From an uncultured Nitrospinota bacterium (GTDB lineage: Bacteria > Tectomicrobia > Entotheonellia > J063 > CAVPRW01), in the NCBI GenBank assembly GCA_963707985.1, contig CAVPRW010000003.1, forward strand, positions 1 to 64,000: a stretch of DNA of 64,000 nt. Reading direction: 5' to 3'. Below are positions 16,212 through 26,457 of the stretch, piece after piece. A model generated the notes under the pieces. The model was not told the origin of the DNA. It did not search any database and worked only from the letters and a program-made list of their open reading frames with translations. The position numbers were made by a program, and so were the translations under genes. Within the stretch, counting starts at the first letter, position 1; the number at the start of each line of letters is the position of its first letter.

Positions 16212-17530
16212 TCAAGCGCGGCGCGTAGCGCGGCTGGCAGAGCAGCTCTGGCGCGCGGCGATCTCGAATAGATACTGGTCGAACCACGAGTCGTTCATGA
16301 GGTAGAACCCTTTCTGGCCGTTGTCCTCACCCCAGGAGTTCTCGACGCGCCAGCGCCGGGGTGTCCCGTCGACGACATCGACCCCGGTAAACAGCATGGC
16401 GTGCGTCATCTGGGTCTGGCGATACACCAGGCGCTCCGCCTTGGTCAGCGTGAAGGCCGTGTCGTACACACTGTCGTAATCAAACAACTTGGCGTCCCAG
16501 ATGCCCGTATCGCGGCGCATCATCTTGCCCACGTCGCAGCCGAACCACACCGGCTCGCCGTCGAGCACGGTAGCGCATGGCAATGTCCTTGAGGACGTCG
16601 ATCTCGACGTTGAGATAGCGCGTGATCCCCCCTTCCCAGACATTGCCGAGGTACTCGACGGTAAAGGTTCGGCCGTACGGGCTGGTGTCCCGCGGATCGT
16701 GCACCAGGCAGACATACTCGTCGAGCGGCAGCGTGATATATCTGGCGGCGAACTCCTGTGGGGTCAGCAGGCCATCGCGATGAAAGACGCGGTCTTTATC
16801 GAGCCACTGCCAATCGAAGGTGACCGGCGGAGTCCCGAGATGGATGGCGAGGATGCGGTAGATCACCTTCAGGACTTCGTGTTTGGTCTCACGTGCGTCG
16901 TCCATCGAGATGCCTTTGGCAATCGCGTCACGCAACGTGCGAGCGCCCTCGCGCAGCTTACTCTTTCAAGATCGCGTTCATCGTCCCCGTGTTGGATGAG
17001 CTCTCCGTTTCCGGCATGGCGCTCTTGGGGATCACTCCATACTTGCGGATCAGGTTGACGAACATATTCCATTGGCCGCCGTCGCTGAGCAGATTGCCTA
17101 GCAGCCAGTGGACGGTGCGCTCATCCGCCGCACGGTCGGCGGTTTCGAGAATCGCCTCCAGAAAGTAATTGGCCTTTTCGAGCTTATCCCAGAACAAGAG
17201 ATAGTTTTGGCTAAACTCGAAGGCCTTCAGATTCATCTTGGCCATGGCGCCGGGCCGGCATAAATTCAGTCCGGCGAACATCCAGCAGCGCCCGGAGCGT
17301 TTTTGATGCGTTACACTCCAGTCATCGAGTGTGGTCGAAAATGAGTGATCGATGGCTGTCACAATGTCGCGATTCAGGGCGATATCATCCACGCTCGTGT
17401 GGGTCACCGCATTCTGCACCACGCGATAGGCAGGGTTGGCGCGAAAGCTCTGCTGGAAGGACACAATGTGTTCGTCTGACAATGCTGATGCTGTGGCGAC
17501 GAGCGCCGTCGGCGTTGATACGCTGTTCAT
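16212..17530 (-). CDS. pepC: aminopeptidase C / bleomycin hydrolase family (peptidase C1B), two apparent frameshifts
   Basis: Three consecutive minus-strand ORFs carry N-terminal (QKRSGRCWMFAGLN, catalytic Cys), middle and C-terminal (VWFGCDVGK...MTHAMLFTGVD...WRVENSWGEDNGQKGFYLM) pepC segments. Frames switch near 16950 and 16600. Confidence 0.65.
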
Positions 17531-17884
17531 CGTGCACCTCCCAAAACCATGTCAGATGCGTTCGTTGATGATGGTTCGATTGTATCGTAAATCAAGTCTC
17601 AGGCCAACACAAACCCGTATGGACGGAGCGATGACAACCAGCTGACACGGTATGTGGGGCGTTGGTTTGGTACGTGAACAGTGACGACGCCTGGCACGAC
17701 GTGTTTTTGAGGCTCCGTCAGCCTTCGTCCCAAGGAGGCCTAGCATCTCCTGCACACGGCGGCCAACCGAACCCCTGGTCTTAACCGCAGTGGCGTATTG
17801 CGAGCTATTGCCCCACGCAGAGTGCACTCCCCGCACCCACGATCCGTATGATCACTACAGGCGAGGGCCCACACCATCCAAGCT

Positions 17885-18946
17885 TCACGAGAGTCGTGCT
17901 CCCCCTCTCCGATCAGGTAGGGGAGGGGATTCTTGGGTCGACTGACGCAAGCCTTCAAGAACATAGTGTCGCAGTTCGAGTAGGGCTTCTCGCCCTCGCG
18001 GATCGGTCCACAGAGTCAGACGCGGGAGGTGGTTGTCCAGGATGGTTGCCGCTTGCAGCGCGCCGATTTCTAGACGCAGAAAGGTCCAGAGCAACACGCT
18101 ACCGTTGGCCTCGGGCCGAGCAAAAGCCCCATGGCCTGAGAATTCTGGTTCCTGAGCCAGACGCGTGATCTCTCCCACAATAGCTCCCGCCATCACCCCT
18201 TCGACGATTGGTACGGCCTCAACGCCAAATCGATAGATCTCGGCACCGACCCAGGGGGGATGCTCCCAGGTGCGCTCGACCATCAACTCGCAGACTCGGC
18301 GAGAATAAATTTTATAGCCACTGTGGAGATCGGGATAGTCACTCAGCAGCGAAAAATACCGGGTATTCAGCACCTGCTGACGCTGGGCCAGGGCGAAGCG
18401 CATCGCGTCGACCAGCACGCGATTCAGCAGCGTTTCTAACTCTCCACGCATCCAGCCCAGGGCCCGATGGGGGTGATCTCTGCGGCCGACGACGATGATG
18501 CTATCGGTGTCCTCATCGGCTCGCAGAGCCAGTGCCAGGCGCATGAGATTGACGAGATCGTTCAGCACGTGATCGCCATCGGCATCACGCGTGGTCAGAT
18601 ACTCCAGACCCTCTTTCTCCAGAAACCACTGCGTGCCGCGTAGGACTGCGGCCCCCTTCCCGCCATTCTCAACCCTGCAGAGCACATCGAACGCCTGTCC
18701 ATGGCCCTGCCGACAGGTTGCCTGCAAGTCCTTCACAACCGCATAACTACGGGCATCGCCATCGACCACCAACACCACGTGCTCCCAGGGCAGAAAATGT
18801 TCGCAATCGTGCAGGGTGTCAAGCAGGGTGTCCCGCACGTGGTCGTCGGCAAGGGTGGGCGGAAACCATACTGGAATGAGCATTCCTACAGCGCCACGAA
18901 TCAAGTCCATCAGCTGCATATTTGTAGGCACAATTCTTGGCGGCAC
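17885..18946 (-). CDS. GT-A fold glycosyltransferase (family 2-like)
   Basis: VVLVVDGDA, ENGGKGAAV and TRDADGDH (DxD) motifs. Confidence 0.45.
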   Translation of the reverse strand: MPPRIVPTNMQLMDLIRGAVGMLIPVWFPPTLADDHVRDTLLDTLHDCEHFLPWEHVVLVVDGDARSYAVVKDLQATCRQGHGQAFDVLCRVENGGKGAAVLRGTQWFLEKEGLEYLTTRDADGDHVLNDLVNLMRLALALRADEDTDSIIVVGRRDHPHRALGWMRGELETLLNRVLVDAMRFALAQRQQVLNTRYFSLLSDYPDLHSGYKIYSRRVCELMVERTWEHPPWVGAEIYRFGVEAVPIVEGVMAGAIVGEITRLAQEPEFSGHGAFARPEANGSVLLWTFLRLEIGALQAATILDNHLPRLTLWTDPRGREALLELRHYVLEGLRQSTQESPPLPDRRGGARLS

Positions 18947-19009
18947 CGATGGTTGGTATCCTGTGATTCTGGCCCTTGGCGGGCTTGCCCATAGATGTGA
19001 AGGGAAGTG

Positions 19010-19777
19010 TTACGCAGGCCGATGGTCAAGGGATTCATCATCGATCAGCGCCTCGTGTGGGTGCAGGAGTGCACGGGTACGACCAGCCGTTGTCAACCGT
19101 CCAGCCCTGTGATCGAGTGCTTCAAGCGGCCGGCCCTGTTGAGACGTATCGAGTTCATCCCCCCACTGCGTCCATCCGTCCGCTCGGTCGCGCGCAAACA
19201 ATTCAAGATATGGACCAGGACTACACCGAGATATAAGGTCATAGACAGCCGACGGTTTACGCGAATGTTCACCCTTCCGACTCATGAAGAGATTGACCTG
19301 CGTCCTACCCGGCTCGAGCGTTCGCAAGTGGCCCTTCACGCCGAACAATAACAACTCTGTGACATTTCTGAAGTAGAAGCCGACTCCGCGGCCATCGGGG
19401 CCGCCGTCTTTGCGTATTTTGTACCAGACGATGTTCGTCTTGTAGGTGAACCCCCAGCCCTTCATGATGGTCAGCGCTTCAAGAAGCAGCGCGTTAGGAC
19501 ACCACAGATACAGGTGACTCCTGGGCCTGGCGAACATCTCAATCGGCAAAGTGGCGATCTCTTCAAAACTCAGAGTTTGATAACGGTGCAAGCGTTTATG
19601 CTCTGGGCCCACCTTCCCCGTGCGGTTGGTGAATCGCCAGGGCGGATCGATCAGAATGGCCCCGAATTGCCCTGATAGACCATTGAACGAGCATCTGTTC
19701 ATTCCCATCTCTGCCTGAATGATGCTTTCGTCTGCCATCCCAGCCATCGTTGCGCCCTCTAAACGCCAGACTGCCAT
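19010..19777 (-). CDS. MT-A70 family N6-adenine DNA methyltransferase (orphan)
   Basis: ILIDPPWRF catalytic DPPW motif, MT-A70 fold pattern. Locally lower GC. Confidence 0.7.
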   Translation of the reverse strand: MAVWRLEGATMAGMADESIIQAEMGMNRCSFNGLSGQFGAILIDPPWRFTNRTGKVGPEHKRLHRYQTLSFEEIATLPIEMFARPRSHLYLWCPNALLLEALTIMKGWGFTYKTNIVWYKIRKDGGPDGRGVGFYFRNVTELLLFGVKGHLRTLEPGRTQVNLFMSRKGEHSRKPSAVYDLISRCSPGPYLELFARDRADGWTQWGDELDTSQQGRPLEALDHRAGRLTTAGRTRALLHPHEALIDDESLDHRPA

Positions 19778-20150
19778 AGGCCAGACGGCTCACTGCACGA
19801 GCGCCATCGTGCTCCAATGGTCGCCACCCTCTGGAAAGCAATGTTGTCATGTCACGTTAGTGTGAGTTCAACGGTCTCAGCATAAATCATCTGGCCTTTG
19901 ACTGTCAACTGAGGTCAACCGCCGACTGATGATGACTTCTGTGGTGCTAGGGCGCCGATCATCACCAACGGGGAGATCGACATGGCGTTGGTTTCTGATA
20001 CGATCAAACGTTCACTTATGGTATAGTCAGCGCAGCGTTGTGCAGACGATCTCCCACGGCCATGACACAACAAGCCATGAGCGAGTGCTCTTGTCGCGGC
20101 GATATGGCTGGAAAAGTCTGAAGAGGAGACAGCATGCGGCAGGAAGGCCC

Positions 20151-21590
20151 ATGCCCATACTGGTGATAGCCATCGTCCACTGTCTGCTGCTCTTCTGGCC
20201 TGAGGCGATGTGGGCCCAGAGCCGCGGACACCTGGGAGTGTTTATCCAGAATGTCTCGCGAGCGCCCGATGGCAGCGGGAGGCCGTCGGGTGAAGGGGTA
20301 TTGATTCTCGGCCTCATCCGCCTTAGCCCGGCTGAGCATAGTGGGCTGAAGCGTGGCGACGTCATTGTCAAATTCGACGGGGTTCCGGTCCGCCAGGTGG
20401 AGGATCTGCAACGTCTGTTGGGCGAAGCACGTCTCGGCGAAACCGCTGAAATCGAGGTCCTGCGCCGCGATCAAACGCTTGTCATCCCTGTGAAGATCGA
20501 ACCCGCACCGGCGTCGTTGCCTCCTAGTCCGCCTCTCGACGCCGTACCGATTGCGCTGCAACGGGATGAGTTGTTCTGGGTTGTGGTCGCCGCCGCAGGG
20601 TTATCGCTGATTCTGGTCTATTTGGCGTCGGCCCAACCCTGGCGGCGTTGGAGACCGGTGCGAACGGCATCACTGATAGCGCAGGCAAGTCGTATGCGAG
20701 TGTCGAACCCTCATGTCTTCTTCGCAGCGGTTGGACTCTTCCTGGCTATCCTCTGCACGTCGAGCCTGACCAAGATTGAGCCGGGGTACCGGGGGGTAGT
20801 GTTTCATCTCTTTGAGGGTGTGCAAAGCGAGACGTTGACGGAGGGCGTGCACTTCCTGCTGACCGGCCTGAATCGCGTCACCGTCTACGACACGCGCTCC
20901 CGTGTGTATCATGTCCGTAACCTCACTGCCTCTCCACCGCCTTCGCCCTCATCGCGCGCGGAGAGCCAACCGCAAGATCACCTGCTGTGGACGCCAACGG
21001 CGGATGGTCTCAAAGTTGGTCTTGACTTCACCGTCCGATACCGCCTCGATCCCCGTCGCCTACCCGACTTGCATCGCAGCGTCGGCCCGGAGTTCGAGGC
21101 CAAGCTTGTCCACCCCATCGTGTGGAACGTCACGCGCTTGGTAGCGTCAGAATACAGCCTGCTCGACATCTATGGCAAGCACCGCCACGAGATGCAAGAG
21201 CAAGCGTTTAGACGAGTGCAGGCACTCTTCGCGCGTGATGGGCTGATTGGTGAGGCTCTCTTGCTGCGCGATGTGGTATATACTCCAGAGTTTGAAAAAA
21301 CCCTCATTGAGAAAATGGTCGCGGAGCAGAGGGTCCAGGAGTCCGCCTATGAGGTGGAACAGGCCGGGTTACGCGCCCAGGTGGAGGTCATCGAGGCCCA
21401 GGGCGAAGCAGAAGCCTTGGAGCTGATAAATCGCGTCATCCAGGACCAACCCTTATTGCTGCACTATCTGTGGATCAAGAGTCTGCCGGAGCGGGTCAAG
21501 GTGGTGGTCGTCCCCAACCGGTCGGAGAAGCCAGGCGCCCAGGACGAAGGCTCCCTTCCCAGAAGTGCAGCGCGTTCCTGCAGGGCGTGA
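20151..21590 (+). CDS. PDZ domain - TM - SPFH/band-7 (prohibitin-like) fusion protein
   Basis: Signal/TM MPILVIAIVHCLLLF. PDZ (GVLILGLIRLSPAEHSGLKRGDVIVKFDG). Second TM. SPFH domain (EPGYRGVVFHLFEGV...LVHPIVWNVTRLVASEY...EAQGEAEALELINR). AGGAAGG SD before ATG at 20151. Confidence 0.7.
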   Translation: MPILVIAIVHCLLLFWPEAMWAQSRGHLGVFIQNVSRAPDGSGRPSGEGVLILGLIRLSPAEHSGLKRGDVIVKFDGVPVRQVEDLQRLLGEARLGETAEIEVLRRDQTLVIPVKIEPAPASLPPSPPLDAVPIALQRDELFWVVVAAAGLSLILVYLASAQPWRRWRPVRTASLIAQASRMRVSNPHVFFAAVGLFLAILCTSSLTKIEPGYRGVVFHLFEGVQSETLTEGVHFLLTGLNRVTVYDTRSRVYHVRNLTASPPPSPSSRAESQPQDHLLWTPTADGLKVGLDFTVRYRLDPRRLPDLHRSVGPEFEAKLVHPIVWNVTRLVASEYSLLDIYGKHRHEMQEQAFRRVQALFARDGLIGEALLLRDVVYTPEFEKTLIEKMVAEQRVQESAYEVEQAGLRAQVEVIEAQGEAEALELINRVIQDQPLLLHYLWIKSLPERVKVVVVPNRSEKPGAQDEGSLPRSAARSCRA

Positions 21591-21685
21591 TGAAGGTGGC
21601 TGAGGTGACGATATACGGCATCGATGTGGTCCGGAATTTTCTTGCATCATAGATCGCATCAGAGATATCGATCAAGGAGTGCAGC

Positions 21686-22816
21686 ATGCCAGAGTTTGGT
21701 AACCCGTCAGTGTCGGCAGTCGACACACAGGTGCCCATGTATTACCCGGGGCCGGATCAGAACTGGGAGCGCAAGCCTCCCGAGGATGTCGGCATCGATC
21801 CTTTTCTCTTGCAGGAGGCCATCGCCTTCGCCAACGACCCCGCTCATGCCGGAATGCCTGCTGATATCGACACCCATCTGCCCACCATCTATAGCGCTAA
21901 GCGGTATGATGACGGCGCCATTCTTGGTCCGACCAAGGTCCATGGGCCGGTGACCGGCGTCGTGCTCAGATATGGCTATCTGGTAGCCGAATGGGGGGAG
22001 CCCGAACGGGTCGACATGACTTTCAGCATTACTAAAAGCTTTCTGTCGACCGTCGCGGGTCTGGCGTGGGACCGTGGCCTGATCCACGATGTGCAGGATC
22101 GAGTGAACGACTATGTCGACGATGGCGGCTTCGATTCACCGCATAATGCGCAGATTACCTGGGACCACTTCCTGCGGCAGACCAATGAGTGGGAGGGTAC
22201 CCTTTGGAATAAGCATTATGCCGCACGGCACACGGACGACACCCTGCGCCGACCGTTCCAGCCCGGCACCTATTACGAGTATAACGATGTGCGGGTCAAC
22301 CGGTTCGCGCTCTCGCTGTTGCATGTCTGGCGACGCCCACTGCCCGAGGTCCTGAAAGAACTGGTCATGGACCCCATCAACGCCTCCAATACCTGGCAAT
22401 GGCATGGCTACCACAACTCCTGGGTGACCATTGACGGGCTCCGTATGCAATCGGTGAGTGGCGGGGGGTACTGGGGCGGTGGCATGTGGATCACCGCGCG
22501 CGACCTTGCCCGCTTGGGTTATCTCACCTTGCGGCGAGGGCACTGGCAGGATCGCCAAATTCTCTCTGAGCGCTGGATTGAGATGGCCACGACACCGACG
22601 GCCGTGCAGCCGACCTACGGCTTCATGAACTATTTTCTCAACACGCATCGGGAGCTCTTCCCCAGTGCACCGGCAACCCACTATTATCACGCTGGGATGG
22701 GCGCCAATCGCATTTGGGTTGCACCCGAACTCGATCTCGTCGTCGTGCTGCGTTGGGTTGCGCCGGAGCATTTCGACGGCTTCGTGAAGTGCGTGTTGGG
22801 GGCGCTCAAAACCTAA
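21686..22816 (+). CDS. serine hydrolase, beta-lactamase/transpeptidase-like family
   Basis: SITKSF (S-x-x-K) active-site motif and family-typical length. Confidence 0.65.
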   Translation: MPEFGNPSVSAVDTQVPMYYPGPDQNWERKPPEDVGIDPFLLQEAIAFANDPAHAGMPADIDTHLPTIYSAKRYDDGAILGPTKVHGPVTGVVLRYGYLVAEWGEPERVDMTFSITKSFLSTVAGLAWDRGLIHDVQDRVNDYVDDGGFDSPHNAQITWDHFLRQTNEWEGTLWNKHYAARHTDDTLRRPFQPGTYYEYNDVRVNRFALSLLHVWRRPLPEVLKELVMDPINASNTWQWHGYHNSWVTIDGLRMQSVSGGGYWGGGMWITARDLARLGYLTLRRGHWQDRQILSERWIEMATTPTAVQPTYGFMNYFLNTHRELFPSAPATHYYHAGMGANRIWVAPELDLVVVLRWVAPEHFDGFVKCVLGALKT

Positions 22817-23084
22817 AGGGCATGCCGATGATGGACGTCCAAGCGGCTTTACGGGACTTCTTCAAGCCCGCGCAGCGCCATTCGGCACAGGATGATACGA
22901 TCGTCATCAGCGGCCGGAATGCGGTGCAGTGGTCTGTTACATCCCCCACTGGACGCAGCCAACGGCTCCCGATGGGCAGCACCAGCCGGAGTGGCCAGCT
23001 TAACGCGGGTGTATGACTTTCCCTCCGAGTGCGTGTGGAGGGTTGGGGTAGGTACTTCCGGAAGGCGCCTACTCTTGTAGACCC

Positions 23085-23108
23085 CTCTCCGGCTGCGGAG
23101 AGGGGTAA
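23085..23108. repeat. palindromic element CCCCTCTCCG-gctg-CGGAGAGGGG (hairpin)
   Basis: Perfect 10-bp stem. The same stem recurs at 24389-24411. Confidence 0.5.
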
Positions 23109-23141
23109 GGTGAGGGAAGTAGACATGGGAGAGAGGATTCT

Positions 23142-24329
23142 ATGACAGGTAAAGGCCAATTTCCGCTATCGCGTTTCAAGGTGCTTGACCTGACACGGGC
23201 TCGGGCGGGACCGACCTCGGTGCGCCAACTGGTGGATTGGGGAGCTGAGGCGATCAAGATCGAAATGCCGGGAGGTCGCGGCGGCGATGGGATGGGCGGT
23301 AATCGCAACGGCTTCGATTTTCAGAATCTGCACCGCAACAAAAAATCCATCACGCTGAACCTCAAGCACCCTGAGGCCGTGGAGATCTTCTATCGGCTGG
23401 TAAAAGATGCGGATGTGGTGGTGGAAAACTACCGGCCGGGCGTAAAGAAACGCCTCGGCATCGACTATGACAAGCTGCGTGAGATCAACCCGCGGATCAT
23501 CTATGGGAGCATTTCCGGGTTCGGCCAGGAAGGGCCCTACCGCGACCGACCAGGTGTGGATCAGATCGCGCAGGGCTTGGGTGGCTTGATGTCCGTCACC
23601 GGCATCCCTGGCCAGGGGCCCGTGCGCGTCGGCATTCCTATTGCCGACCTGTGCTCCGGCATTTTTCTGGCCCAGGGTATTCTCGTGGCCTTGTTGGAGC
23701 GTGAATGGACCGGTCAGGGGAAATGGGTGGCCACATCGCTCCTGGAAGCGATGCTCTCCATGCTTGACTTCCAGGCCTCGCGCTGGTTGATGGCCGGTGA
23801 GGTACCCCCGCAGGCGGGCAACAATCATCCCACCGGCATTCCGACCGGCGTCTTCGAAACCAAGGATGGCCATATCAATATTGCCGCCAGCGGAGACGAT
23901 ATCTATGGGCGCATGTGCAAGGCGATCGGGCGTGAGGATCTGATCACCGATCCGCGCTTCTCTACCTCCAGAGCGCGTTCCACGAATCGCGACGAGATCA
24001 TGGAGGTGCTGATGCCGGTGACACGGCAGAAGACCAGCGAAGAGTGGATTACCATCCTGAACGCGGCCGGCGTCCCCTGCGGGCCGATCTACACCATCGA
24101 CAAATCGTTTGCCGATCCCCAGGTGAAATTCCTGGAGATGGCGCAACCCGTCCACTCGAAAGCTCTGGGAGACCTGACGATCCTGGGCCATCCGGTGGGC
24201 TGGAATGGGCAGCGTAATCCGTTACGCTCGGCCGCGCCAGAGCTCGGCGAGCACAACGAAGAAGTCTTCACCGCACTGGGCTTTACCAAGGCGGAGATCG
24301 AAGACCTGGCGAAACGCGAGATCATCTAA
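23142..24329 (+). CDS. CoA-transferase family III (CaiB/BaiF) protein
   Basis: RVLDLTRARAGPTSVRQL N-terminal signature. Full-length 395 aa. Confidence 0.85.
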   Translation: MTGKGQFPLSRFKVLDLTRARAGPTSVRQLVDWGAEAIKIEMPGGRGGDGMGGNRNGFDFQNLHRNKKSITLNLKHPEAVEIFYRLVKDADVVVENYRPGVKKRLGIDYDKLREINPRIIYGSISGFGQEGPYRDRPGVDQIAQGLGGLMSVTGIPGQGPVRVGIPIADLCSGIFLAQGILVALLEREWTGQGKWVATSLLEAMLSMLDFQASRWLMAGEVPPQAGNNHPTGIPTGVFETKDGHINIAASGDDIYGRMCKAIGREDLITDPRFSTSRARSTNRDEIMEVLMPVTRQKTSEEWITILNAAGVPCGPIYTIDKSFADPQVKFLEMAQPVHSKALGDLTILGHPVGWNGQRNPLRSAAPELGEHNEEVFTALGFTKAEIEDLAKREII

Positions 24330-24388
24330 CACGTGCATACTTGACACTCCCTGCCTCAGGCTGGCCTAACCACACTAGGTTAGTCGTC

Positions 24389-24411
24389 CCCTCTCCTCCT
24401 GGAGAGGGGCG
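24389..24411. repeat. palindromic element CCCCTCTCC-tcct-GGAGAGGGG (second copy)
   Basis: Same stem as 23085-23108. The two copies flank the CaiB gene. Confidence 0.5.
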
Positions 24412-24443
24412 GGGTGCGGGGACAACAGGGTTGCGGAGACCTC

Positions 24444-25199
24444 ATGAACCCCTACAAAATCTATACGCTTTATTACGGTAAGCGCGACGCCACGACTGCC
24501 GACTACTTCCTCGACGATACCTCGAATATTCCGATCGGCATGGGCTACTATTTGTGGGTCGCAACCAATGGTGAGAACACCGTGGTGATCGACCTCGGCT
24601 ATCATGAAGATGTGGGCCAGCAACGCGGTCGGACCTTGGTGCGCCATCCGGCGGAATTATTGGACAAAATCCAGGTGGACCCGAAGACCGTGCGTCATGC
24701 GATCGTCACCCACCTGCACTGGGATCACGTCGGCGGCTACGCTCTCTTTCCCAATGCCAAATTTTACTTGCAGGAGCGCGAGCTGCACTTCTGGACCAGC
24801 TCGAACCTGCCAGAATGGCAATCATCCCTGGAAGAGGAAGAGCTGGTGGCGGTGGTACGCCTGCATTTCCGTGGGCGAGTGGGATTGTGCGATGGCTCAC
24901 GAGAAATTGTGCCGGGCATTACCGTCCATCATGTTGGCGGCCATACCATGGGAAGCCAGATCGTTCAGGTCGAAACAGCACGGGGCTCCGCCGTGGTCGC
25001 CTCGGATGCCGCCAAGCTCTATCGTAACTTCATGGAAGAGATTCCTCAGTCGCACAGTCACAGCGTCGCCGACCAACGCGGTGGCTATGGGCTGATCAAG
25101 CGTCTTGCCAGCTCGGAAGCATTGATCATCCCCGGCCACGACCCGGAGGTCATGCGTCGGCTGCCAATCTATACTGAGGGCGTCGCATTGTTGGAATAG
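24444..25199 (+). CDS. MBL-fold metallo-hydrolase (N-acyl-homoserine-lactonase-like)
   Basis: HLHWDHVGG zinc-binding motif. Confidence 0.75.
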   Translation: MNPYKIYTLYYGKRDATTADYFLDDTSNIPIGMGYYLWVATNGENTVVIDLGYHEDVGQQRGRTLVRHPAELLDKIQVDPKTVRHAIVTHLHWDHVGGYALFPNAKFYLQERELHFWTSSNLPEWQSSLEEEELVAVVRLHFRGRVGLCDGSREIVPGITVHHVGGHTMGSQIVQVETARGSAVVASDAAKLYRNFMEEIPQSHSHSVADQRGGYGLIKRLASSEALIIPGHDPEVMRRLPIYTEGVALLE

Positions 25200-25291
25200 T
25201 GACGGCCGACTATACCTGGCGCGGCATCGCCCTTCCAATCGTCGACGTGTCGGAGCATTTTGCAACGGCTATTCTTGCCAAGGAGAACGGC

Positions 25292-25561
25292 ATGCCTCGC
25301 TTAGCAACCCTGAGCGAAATCAATCGCCAGGCCATGCTGTCTTTTCCCTGCCTGGAACCGGATACGACGTCCTGGTCGCCGTTTGGCAAACCACTGTCAC
25401 AGGCGAAGATCTCCCTGGTCACTAGCGCTGGCTTGCATCTGCGCCATGACCAACCCTTCATCGGCGATCCCAAAAGTGGAGATACCTCCTTCGGCGGGTG
25501 TACCAGTGCCCCAGTTCATCCGGTATTGCATCGACGAACGGAGCGGCAGCATTGTGCCTGA
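25292..25561 (+). CDS. small protein, possibly N-terminal fragment of a GrdB/PrdB (glycine/betaine reductase B)-family protein
   Basis: AGGAGA SD plus ATG. SQAKISLVTSAGLHLRHDQPF..GDxSF resembles the Gly_reductase family N-terminus. Ends at the mutM start. Confidence 0.3.
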   Translation: MPRLATLSEINRQAMLSFPCLEPDTTSWSPFGKPLSQAKISLVTSAGLHLRHDQPFIGDPKSGDTSFGGCTSAPVHPVLHRRTERQHCA

Positions 25562-26378
25562 GCTTCCAGAGGTCGAGACGATTCGACGAGGTCTTCTACA
25601 GCGCCTGGTGGGCCACGAAATCACCGGGGTACGGGTGCGGCAGCCATATTTGCGCGAAGAAGTCGAGGTCGACACGCTGCAGACATCTGTCGTGGGCCGC
25701 ACCGTTACAGACATCGAGCGGCGCGCCAAATATCTCTTGCTGCAGCTACAGCCTGAGGGCATCCTGGTCTTTCATCTCGGCATGACCGGACGCTTATGGC
25801 TCGGGAAGCCTATCGAAACGGATGCACAGCACGATCACTTGATTTTCCACCTCGGCCCAGACCTGGAATTGCGCTTTCATGATATTCGGCGCTTCGGAAT
25901 GTGCTTCTATACCACGGCGAAGGGATTGCCCGAGCACCCACGGTTCCGGCATCTGGGACCAGAGCCTCTGTCGCCGAATTTTTCCAGTGTGTATATACAA
26001 GCTCGTGCGCGCGGGCTCTGGAAACCGGTGAAAAACTTTCTCATGGATGGGTCAGTGGTCGTGGGCGTGGGGAATATTTATGCCAGCGAGGCCCTTTTTC
26101 GGGCGCGCGTGCATCCCAATCGAGAGGTGGGACGCTTGCGGCGCCCACAGTGGGACCGCCTCTGCGATGCGATCAAAGAGGTGCTGCAGGCGGCCATCGA
26201 CGCCCATGGGACGTCGTTCTCCGATTATGTCGATAGCGAGGGGAGGCGGGGTGACTTTCAGAATCAATTACACGTCTATGGACGTGAGGGGGCGCCCTGC
26301 GTGCGCGATGGCCGTCCCATCAGGCGTATGGTGCAGGCTGGCCGCAGTACCTTCTACTGCCCGACTTGCCAACGCTAA
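25554..26378 (+). CDS. mutM: formamidopyrimidine-DNA glycosylase
   Basis: GTG start followed by PELPEVE (catalytic N-terminal Pro). H2TH region. C-terminal zinc finger CPTCQR. Confidence 0.85.
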   Translation: MPELPEVETIRRGLLQRLVGHEITGVRVRQPYLREEVEVDTLQTSVVGRTVTDIERRAKYLLLQLQPEGILVFHLGMTGRLWLGKPIETDAQHDHLIFHLGPDLELRFHDIRRFGMCFYTTAKGLPEHPRFRHLGPEPLSPNFSSVYIQARARGLWKPVKNFLMDGSVVVGVGNIYASEALFRARVHPNREVGRLRRPQWDRLCDAIKEVLQAAIDAHGTSFSDYVDSEGRRGDFQNQLHVYGREGAPCVRDGRPIRRMVQAGRSTFYCPTCQR

Positions 26379-26457
26379 GGGAAACGAGGGCCCTTTGGGC
26401 CGGAACACTCTGGCGAGCATGAGGCTCAGTTCATTCAAAAATCACCTGGTCCACACC

